Below, in pieces: positions 1 to 8,960 of a stretch of 64,000 nt of DNA. The notes beneath the pieces are model-generated. The model did no database searches, was not told where the DNA came from, and saw nothing but the letters and a program-made list of their open reading frames with translations. This DNA is from Diadema antillarum (lineage: Eukaryota). How positions within the stretch are numbered: position 1 is the first letter of the stretch; each line of letters begins with the position of its first letter. The DNA is taken from positions 2,170,001 through 2,234,000 of the forward strand of contig NW_027270916.1 of NCBI RefSeq assembly GCF_040938485.1. The letters are read 5' to 3'. The translations under genes were made by a program, and so were the position numbers.

Positions 1-680
1 TCGACAGACGATGGGGTTACTGCATTGCGACCGGTGATGCCCTGCATTCAAACAACGTGAGCACATGAGGTTTGCCCTTGCAGGTGGTACGATCTGGCCA
101 TAGTGGTAGACTTTGGCTTTAAAAATACCAAAGTTCATGTCTCGAGGCAGGGGCTTCGATGGATGCTGTATGTAGACTATCCGGTTGCCGGTCAGGCAGT
201 CAGTGAGCAGACCATCTACACGGAGACGTTCACGGATGGGGGCACCGAGGACCTTGTGTTTGCATTTTTCCAGTTCATCGGTGATGACAGTGTCGAGAAC
301 TGAAAGTGGTATGTCTCTGATGAGGAGACGTAGACTGTTTTCTTTCCCAGCTGTGATGAAAGGGTTTTGGTCATACACTGCGACATTGTCATTTCTGATG
401 TTTAAGCCGATTTTGTTATCAGTTTCATTCTTGACTCCCGATTTTCCACGTACAGCCTCCATAGACCACGAATTCTCTGTATCCCCTTAATTTCTCGTCC
501 TTCCACACTACGGATGAGGCATTTGTACATGTCCTCGTTTGACATTCCCTTCTCACTCACTGATGGTATGTCTTTATTTTTCAGGAAGACTGGCTTACCT
601 CCAAGCTGTTCCTCAGGTTTCGCAGAAGGGAAAGCATGGGCCGCTTTCTCGCCGTATGACGTGTCACTGCGTGCCGCCAT
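1..680 (-). pseudogene. LINE ORF1 (nucleic-acid-binding, zinc knuckle) with one frameshift near 409
   Basis: ATG at 680: MAARSDTSYGEK...KGIQRIRGLWRLYVENRESRMKLITK. After a 1-nt shift in an A-run it continues GLNIRNDNVAVYDQNPF...KAKVYHYGQ...CSRCLNAGHHRSQCSNPIVCR (CX2CX4HX4C), open to base 1. Confidence 0.75.
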
Positions 681-907
681 TTTCAAAGTCAGGATCTGTG
701 TGCTGAAGTTCAAATCAAATCCTGCTATTTTCTATTTCAGAGTTGTCATCCACCATTCCAGTCAGCACAAAGGATTCACAAGTGTTCCAATATAATCTTC
801 AGTCACAAATTTCTTTCCAAAACAGTTTCTATGATTGCAGATTTAGAGGTTTTCACCGCAGAGAAAAATCGTCGTAACAATTTCAGAGTCGGTGAAGAGC
901 GCCCTCC
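1..907 (-). mobile_element. 5' end (5' UTR plus start of ORF1) of an L1/Tx1-like non-LTR retrotransposon running off the left edge
   Basis: Unique sequence that abuts array sequence (gtagtctgtgtagttg) at about 908. It contains a gag-like ORF1 with a CCHC zinc knuckle. Clade assigned from recall of ORF1 architecture. Confidence 0.7.
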
Positions 908-1066
908 GTAGTCTGTGTAGTTGTTGCGTGTGTGTGTGAGTATGCTGTGTTTGTGTACGTGAGTGTTTGTTCCACACACACACTCTCTCTCTTCGATCAC
1001 ATCCTTTGACAAGCACTAACAGATAAATAGACAGATAAAACGTTATTTGTAAGTGGCATAATATAC

Positions 1067-1072
1067 TTTATT
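1067..1072 (-). terminator. Poly(A) signal AATAAA of SGNH copy 1 (homologous sites at 5175, 13363, 22893, 36628, 43184, 46713, 51927)
   Basis: Plus-strand tttatt about 150 nt past the stop codon in all 8 gene-bearing units. Confidence 0.7.
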
Positions 1073-1222
1073 ACAGAAATCCAGCAACATGCTGTTACAA
1101 AACATAAATTACAAATGTACAATGGGCATAGATAAAAAGTCCACAGTTCCAGCCCATGAAAAGTAAACTGCAGTCGTCGAGCATCCACATAATGTGAGTC
1201 GCACGTAGTAAAATCTCTGATT

Positions 1223-1846
1223 TTAGTCCATCTTGTACGCTTTCATCACGGCGCCTCTGATGGTGCGGAAGTACCTCAGCATGCCTGCCTCGTTGAAGTG
1301 AACTCCATCCTGCATGAAGAGCTTGCTGTGGTTCTGGGTGAAGGCGCGATGCCGCCAGAAGTGGACGTTGGGTAAGTTTTCCAGGAACTTGGCGAGGAGT
1401 CGGTTGGTGTCGTGCACGGCTGCGTTGAAGTTGGTCTTCCACTTGGGGACGAAGAGCCGGGGGATGATGCCGCATACGATTACGTGACGGACTCCAGGAA
1501 TGCGAGCTACGCGGAGAGCAAGATCTAGGAGAGCGGTGACTGTGGATTCGGTGGTTGCACCTAGTTCGCAGAGATCGTTAGAGCCGAGATCGATGACCAC
1601 GGCGTCGGGCGACAGCTCCCAGACGAGATCGAGCTGAGATGAGGCTGAGAAGACGTTACCAGGCTGGGTATGTCCCACGTCGTGAAGGAAGGCGAGTACA
1701 GAAGACTTCTCTAGAGCCAGGTTGCTTCGGGCTGGGTCCCGCTCGATGAAGCTGTTGAGGCTGCCAATGTAGCTGTGCCCGAGGACCAAAACGACAGGTG
1801 GTTCGCGATCGGACTCGCAGCTTCCAGTTGAGCCTCCAATCGACAT
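1223..1846 (-). CDS. SGNH/GDSL-family hydrolase, copy 1 (207 aa, intact)
   Basis: Block I VLGHSY (S25), block III DLGSND (N90), block V DGVH (D180, H183). Intronless, with a promoter upstream and AATAAA downstream. Confidence 0.9.
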   Translation of the reverse strand: MSIGGSTGSCESDREPPVVLVLGHSYIGSLNSFIERDPARSNLALEKSSVLAFLHDVGHTQPGNVFSASSQLDLVWELSPDAVVIDLGSNDLCELGATTESTVTALLDLALRVARIPGVRHVIVCGIIPRLFVPKWKTNFNAAVHDTNRLLAKFLENLPNVHFWRHRAFTQNHSKLFMQDGVHFNEAGMLRYFRTIRGAVMKAYKMD

Positions 1847-2007
1847 CGTGATGACTTGGGTTTGAACTCGAGGATGTAGCGGGAGAAGCTGGGTGTAGAG
1901 TTCTCGATGAGCTGTTCGATGGCGGAGACTGATGGCAATGATGATAGCAGATCGTTCTCGTTGGAGGTTCTAGATGAGTTTGATCGAAATCGCCATAAAC
2001 TCTCAAC

Positions 2008-2212
2008 TATTTAAGTGCAACGCGAAGGTGAAATCCAGTTTCCCGCCATCGTTCTGATTGGCTAAACTAATGTACCAATGAGCGGAGACTGGTTTGAGAC
2101 AATAGGGAAAGGCATCCCATTGTTATCTAATTAACTCGCTCGGAAAGGGGCAGGGATGCGATCCCGCGGACCAGCGTGGAACAATAGATCGCTTAAACGG
2201 TTCGGACAATAG
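2008..2212 (-). promoter_or_regulatory. Putative promoter of SGNH copy 1 (repeated upstream of copies 3-8)
   Basis: TATA-like TTAAATA 2008-2014; E2F TTTCCCGC 2039-2046; CCAAT boxes 2057-2061 and 2075-2079 in opposite orientations; ACAAT Sox/HMG motifs near 2099, 2119, 2181 and 2206. Confidence 0.65.
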
Positions 2213-2617
2213 AGGGGCAGCAGATCTGGGTTCGTGTAAGACCATGGCACGCGCTTGAGCAGAGGACTGTCATAGTGAAGTATTCCATCAAGACTTCACG
2301 AATTCGCCCAGTCCTATAGCTTGTTTAACTGAAATATTGCACATTACATTTTCGGAAATCATGCGTAGTACCTCTTAATTATCAGCTAAAAACACGCACA
2401 AACAGTCACACACACACACACTGTCACGTGTACACATACTCAAATACCAACAAAAAAACAAACAAACAAACAAAACAAAAACAAAACCAAGACCCAGACT
2501 GCCCATCTCTTAAAGCTTCGTGCCATTTGGGTTTCCCATGAGTATGAAATGATTATATAAATTCAACGCAATATGTCCACTTTTTAGTATATACTATATA
2601 TGTAAATATTCACGCAC

Positions 2618-2618
2618 A

Positions 2619-2690
<72 letters not shown>

Positions 2691-2692
2691 CA
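2618..2692. repeat. (CA)n(TA)n compound microsatellite (equivalent tracts near 17125, 18110, 24250, 44735)
   Basis: Seen directly; it sits at the same position in each unit. Confidence 0.95.
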
Positions 2693-4749
2693 TATTTACT
2701 TATCTATTTATTCATCTATTTATTTACGTCGGACAGCGACGTGGGGCATTTACTCATTTGTCTGAAAACTTAACATGCATCCGTTTTACTGGAAAACAAG
2801 TGACAACGGAGATTCTTGCACCGTTTAAACATAATTTAGTATGTGTATGTGTGTGATGCCGGGGTGCTATTGGTGATGTTGTGATACGCTCGGGGATACA
2901 TTTCACATCACCTATAGTTTATATACTAGTAACGTACCAGTCCGTTTTGCATATCTGTAATCAAATAATATATTGTCCAAATGAGTCAGTTAGTCAAATC
3001 ATCGCAATAAGGAAACTATTTTATACATTTAGTATTTCTTACAATATTTGATAGCCACAGATGAAGGCTCTTAAGTTTGTGAGTAGCTTGATTTTATGCA
3101 ACTACCGTGTAGTCTGTGTAGTTGTGTATGCGTATGTGTGTTTGTTTGTGTGTGCACCCTCCTTCCATTCTTTTTTTTTTTCTCTCTCTCTCTCTCCTTT
3201 CACTTCTTTCGACACCCAATGCACGGCACTTTTAACGATGAAACGACAGATGAAATACAGACGAAAGGTTGGCGTGCAAATTGATAATGGTGTGGCATAA
3301 CTTATTACAGAAATCCAGCTACATGCTGTTACAAGATTATCAACTACGAACGTACAAACTCGATGGTGAAATCCAGTTTCCCGCATCGTACTGATTGGTT
3401 AAACTAATGCGTAGTACCTCTTTAATTATCAGCTAAAACACTCACAAACACTCACATATGCACACATACTCATTACCAATCGAAAAAACAAACAAACAAG
3501 ACACATGGTGCTCATCACTAAAGAGCTTCTCGCCACGTGGGTTTCTCTTGAATATAAGATTATTATATATATAAATTCGACGCAATTATTTCTACTTTTC
3601 CTTCATAATGAGTACTAAGCTTTCCTCTATCAGAAAGCAGGGGCATGTTACTCATAAAGTAATTTTATTGAATTTCAAGTTTATACCCATGCCTTGGCGA
3701 CCTTTTGTAAAAACCTAAGTATAGACCACCTGTTTTTGTTTCCCTTTCTTTCTTTGTTATGCCTGTCTTTAGTTTGTTTTCTTGCCCGTTCCGTCCTTGC
3801 TTTTGTTCTTGTCCTTGTCATAGTCCTTTCGTTCTGTCTGTTTCGCTTGACGTCATGATTTCAACATTTTCATACATGGAGTCCTTGACGGATCTTGAGA
3901 TGCCCTCATCTCCGAGAGTAAGTCACAAAATTTACAAGGTATGCTTCTCTTGTGAATTCCTATTTTCCATATACGGTTAAAAAATAAAATTGTATTTGCT
4001 TACCTGTTTATCTATCGAAATACAAAGTTAATGCAATATATTACTATAATTGTATCCATGCTTGTTGAAGCTTATTTGATTCAAAATTCCTTAAAATATT
4101 CTGCACTTATGAAAGCGATACGTATATTACTTTGTATCACTTTATATGGAAATGAAACCATTTGAATTTCAATTTGAAATGTATCTAATGTGCACTTGAG
4201 AGGATTGTGACAGAGAGATCAATGAAACTGATACAGAATAAATGAAAGATTACATACATGCTGTGCCCATAGAAAAATGATGATTGAAACAAAATAGGTT
4301 TAGAATAAACTGGAAATATATCAAAAGTGGTTTGCTGACAGTTGGGATATATCTATGTAAAATATAAGCTTAAGTTCACCGAGTGCTTGCATTATACATT
4401 TTCTCTACTGTAGTATTCATTGCGAGTTTTGATCATTGCGTATGTCAAAATCATGTTATGCCCCGTTTGCCTAGATCATTAAAAGAAGTAAAATCAACTG
4501 TACTGTAACTGCCCGTTCTGTATATGTAGAGCCTGAATGTTGTCGGCTAGTCGTATACACATGACAAATTCTAAAATTTACACAACAGCCGTATCCTTTG
4601 CTGTTATGTATGTAACCATAGTACAGGAAGCTATGAAGCCTAAATTTCGGGACTTACTCAACTAATTTGAATGATATTTTGTATGGTTTCCAATTTATCT
4701 TACTCAATTCATCCAATAAAGAAACGTAATATTTTATTATACATCTTGT

Positions 4750-4870
4750 GGGGGCGCTGTGGTATAAAGTGGATACAATCCCCTCCCAGTCATTGGACAA
4801 GGTTTTTTTTACCCACCATGTCCCTCTCAACTTAGGTGTATAAATGGGGACCTGGCAACGCTAGGTAAAG
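4750..4870 (+). mobile_element. Degenerate tRNA-derived SINE-like remnant built into some units (also about 12923-13040, 36216-36330, 42770-42890)
   Basis: tRNA-like head ggggcgctgtggtataaagtgg (A-box-like) and ccctctcaacttaggtgtataaatgggg, which resembles from recall a common invertebrate SINE core. No clear B box. Confidence 0.4.
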
Positions 4871-5315
4871 GTAGGCTATAGCAGTGGCAACATCGAAGAC
4901 GGTACCATGAATAAATAGTACCTTATTATTATCATCATTGTTTTATTAAATATTTCATAAAGAAAGTCAAGTGAGTCGCTTGTTATCAAAATTATGAAAG
5001 TGCAGTTGTACTGTAGTCTGTGTAGTTGTTGCGTGTGTGTGTGAGTATGCTGTGTTTGTGTACGTGAGTCTTTGTTCCACACACTCTCTCTCTCTCTTCG
5101 ATCACATCCTTTGACAAGCACTAACAGATACATAGACAGATAAAACGTTATTTGTAAGTGGCATAATAATATACTTTATTACAGAAATCCAGCAACATGC
5201 TGTTACAAAACATAAATTACAAATGTACAATGCACATAGATAAAAAGTCCACAGTTCCAGCCCATGAAAAGTAAACTGCAGTCGTCGAACATCCACATAT
5301 TATGTGAGTCTGATT

Positions 5316-5698
5316 TTAGTCCATCTTGTAAGCTTTCATCACGGCGCCTCTGATGGTGCGGAAGTACCTCAGCATGCCTGCCTCGTTGAAGTGAACTCCA
5401 TCCTGCATGAAGAGCTTGCTGTGGTTCTGGGTGAAGGCGCGATGCCGCCAGAAGTGGACGTTGGGTAAGTTTTCCAGGAACTTGGCGAGGAGTCGGTTGG
5501 TGTCGTGTACGGCTGCGTTGAAGTTGGTCTTCCACTTGGGGACGAAGAGCCGGGGGATGATGCCGCATACGATTACGTGACGGACTCCAGGAATGCGAGC
5601 TACGCGGAGAGCAAGATCTAGGAGAGCGGTGACTGTGGATTCGGTAGTTGCACCTAGTTCGCAGAGATCGTTAGAGCCGAGATCGATGACCACGGCGT
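5316..5698 (-). pseudogene. SGNH hydrolase copy 2, 5'-truncated (codons ~82-207 only; catalytic Ser lost)
   Basis: Near-identical to the 3' part of copy 1. Homology stops at 5698, where foreign RNase H sequence begins. Confidence 0.9.
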
Positions 5699-6270
5699 TC
5701 GCGGACACTCGGTGAGATCGTGCGTGTGTTGACATCTGATTTCTTGATTGCAGTAGGCGCAGTCTGTTGATTTCTCTATGATCTGTCGGATGGTCTTGGC
5801 TTTCGTCCTGATCCTATTGATGTAGTACTGAGTTCTCCTTGGTAGCCTGTTGAGTGTTTCCTTCGATTCTCTGGTATTGTGTAGGCCTGTGTTCCACTTC
5901 AGTGAGTCGCTCTGGCTGTACCGGATGATGTTCCTCCATCTGGCCTCTGCTATCTGTCGGAAGTGTGTCTTGGTTTGGCGTTTGCTAATCCTGATGACGA
6001 CGTCTGGTACTGGTTTCTGAGTTCCCGTCTTGGCTGCTGCGTCTGCTTCCTCATTTCCTGGTATTCCGATGTGGCTTGGTATCCAGTTGATGACGTACTT
6101 CTTGTTGGTCGATCGCATGTTCTGTTGGATGTCTTTGTTGAGTCGTAGGTTGTCCCGATGTGGTTTCCTGATGTTCTCGATGGCGCCTTGGCTGTCTGTG
6201 TGGATGACGATGATGTCCTCAGGCTGGGTCTTGGAGTCGATGATGGCTTCTCTGATGGCTGCGAGTTCAG
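5699..6270 (-). mobile_element. Internal fragment of a non-LTR retrotransposon ORF2: RNase H C-terminal part plus CCHC finger (I-group-like)
   Basis: One open frame: HAELAAIREA...IHTDSQGA...WIPSHIGIPGNEEADAAAK...CAYC...HDLTECP. Confidence 0.88.
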
Positions 6271-6863
6271 CGTGGACCAGCGTGGAACAATAGATCGCTT
6301 AAACGGTTCGGACAATAGAGGGGCAGCAGATCTGGGTTCGTGTAAGACTATGGCACGCGATTGAGAAAAGGACTATCTGGTGAAGTATTCCATCGAGACT
6401 TTACGAATTCGCCCAGTCCTATAGCTTGTTTAACTGAAATATTGCACATTACGTTTTCGGAAATCATGCGTAGTACCTCTTAATTATCAGCTAAAAACAC
6501 GCACAAACACTCACACACACACTGTCACGTGCACACATACTCAAATACCAATAAAAAACAAACAAACAAACAAAACAAAAACAAAACCAAGACCCACACT
6601 GCCCATCTCCAAGAGCTTCGTGCCATTTGGGTTTTCCATTATATATATAAATATTCACGCACACGTACACACACGCACACACACAAACACACACACATAA
6701 TATATACATATATATATTTACTTATCTATTTATTCATTTATATATTTACGTCGGACAGTGACGTGGGGCATTTACTCATTTTGTCTGAAAACTTAACATG
6801 CACCCGTTTTACTGGAAAATAAGTGACAACGAAGATTATTTTACCTTTTAAACACATTGGCAT

Positions 6864-6897
<34 letters not shown>

Positions 6898-7729
6898 TGT
6901 GGGTACTATTGGTGATGTGATACGCTCCGGATATATAACGCACCCGTCCGTTTTGCATATCTATAATCAAATAGTATACTATCCAAATGAGTCAATTAGT
7001 CAGATCATCGCAATGAAGAAAATATTTTCACATATTTACTATTTTTCTATAATATTTCATATCCACAGATGAAGCCTTGAATGTTTGTGTGTCGCTTGAT
7101 ATTATGCAACCACCGTAGTCTGTGTAGTTGTGTATGCGTGTGTGTGTTTGTTTGTGTGTGTTTTTTTGTGTGTGCACCCCGTTCCATACTTTTTTTCTCT
7201 CTCTCTTCTTTCACATCTTTCGACACCCACTGCACAGCACTTTTAATTATGAAACGACAGATGAAATACAGACGAAAAGTTGGCGTGCAAATTGATAATG
7301 GTGTGGCAAAGCTTATTACAGAAATCCAGCGACATGCTGTTACAGGAGTATCAATTACGAACGTACAAACTCGAAGGTGAAATCCAGTTTCCCGCCATTG
7401 TTCTGATTGGTTACACTAATGCACCAATGAGCGTAGACTTGTTTGACACAATAAGGGAAGCCATCCCATTGTTATCTAATCAACTCGCTCGGAGAGGAGC
7501 GAAGATGCGATCCCGTGGACCAGCGTGGAACAATAGATTGGTTAAACAGTTCGAACAATGACGGGGCAAGCAGATCTGGGTTCGTGGAGGACCATGGCAC
7601 GCGATCGAGAAGGGGACTATCATAGTGAAGTATTCCATCAAGACTTCACGAATTCGCCCAGGCCTCTAGCTTATTTAACTGAAATTTTGCACATTTTCGG
7701 AAATCATGCGTAGTACCTCTTTAATTATC

Positions 7730-8960
7730 CAGGGACAAGCTCTCGAATGGTTTAAATCATACCTATCACACCATTCACAGTCTGTTCTTTTGAATGGTGT
7801 CACATCGTCTTCAAAGCCATTAGGCTGTGGTGTACCTCAAGGCTCTGTTGGCGGGCCCACCCTTTTTTCTATCTATTTGATCGGTCTGCGGAAAATATTT
7901 CAAAGGCATTCTGTTCGGTATCATCTATATGCAGACGACATACAAGTTTTTGTATCTTTTCCACCACATCAAATCCAAGCATCTCATGCACTGCGCTGTC
8001 TAGAAAATTGCATCATTGATATTGATGCTTGGATGAGGTCTAACTCATTGTCTCTAAACCACAGCAAGTGTGAATTTATCCTTTTTGGTTCTAAATCTCT
8101 CTTGAATAAGTTGGATATTAATTGTATTTCGATTGTAGGTAATGATATTCCTCTGTCAAAGTCATGTCGCAATCTGGGTTTTATGTTTGACTCTCACATG
8201 GCTATGTCTGATCAAATCACCAACATTTCTAAATCAGTCCGTTATCAATTGCGCAATATTGGTTTTATTCGCAAGTATTTGACTCGCTCTGCCATGGAAA
8301 AAACTTGTTCATGCACTTATTTCTTCACGCCTTGATTTCGGTAATGGTTTGTTTTTCAATCTACCAAACTCGCAAATTGCCCACTTACAAAAGCTACAAA
8401 ATGCCGCTGCACGTATTGTTTCTTTGTCAAGTAAACGCAGTCATATCACACCTATCCTGAAGAGTCTTCATTGGTTGCCTGTACAGGAGCGTATTCGGTT
8501 TAAGATACTTCTTTTGGTTTATCACGTTATTGAGGGAACAGCTCCTGATTACAATGTTTGTTTGTTTCGTCAATACCAACCTTCACGAACTCTTCGATCC
8601 TCAACTTCAGGTCTCTTACATATTCCGTTTTCTAGGAAATCTTGGGGGGGAACGAGCTTTCGCTCACGCTGGACCAACACTGTGGAATTCACTTCCTCGT
8701 GAGCTGAAAGACTCAAGCTCTATAACATCTTTCAGGAGTAATTTAAAATCCTATTTGTTTAGCAGTGCATTTTGAAGACCAGTGTCTTTTGAAGACAGAC
8801 TTTCATGTCTTTTTTTTCTGCTTCTTCATCTTCTATTACGGTGATGTACTTGTTTCTTCAGTCTGTTTGCTTTGATGTACAATTGTAAAGCGCCTTGAGC
8901 ATTTAATCAAAGTGGAGAACGGCGCTATAGAAATTGTATGTATTATCATTATTATTATTA
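7730..8960 (+). mobile_element. 5'-truncated L2-clade LINE (RT core to 3' end) with (TAT)n tail
   Basis: GVPQGS, YADD, LNHSKCE, LQNAAAR, HITPILKSLHWLP, GPTLWNSLP motifs. Two +1 frameshifts in homopolymers (about 8300 and 8648). Inserted into ctctttaattatc|agctaaaa with attatc on both sides. Confidence 0.9.

Noticed and set aside
1095-1475. Recurrent 121-159 aa ORF (MRHHPPALRPQ...) in each gene copy
   Set aside because: It is an alternative frame overlapping the SGNH ORF, has no recognisable motif and varies in length. Its openness is explained by the codon bias of the main frame.
1223-1846. Bacterial contamination or recent horizontal transfer of the SGNH gene
   Set aside because: The ORF is embedded in eukaryotic repeats with poly(A) and Pol II motifs, and an animal retroelement origin explains the lack of introns. 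A phylogeny is still needed to exclude older transfer.
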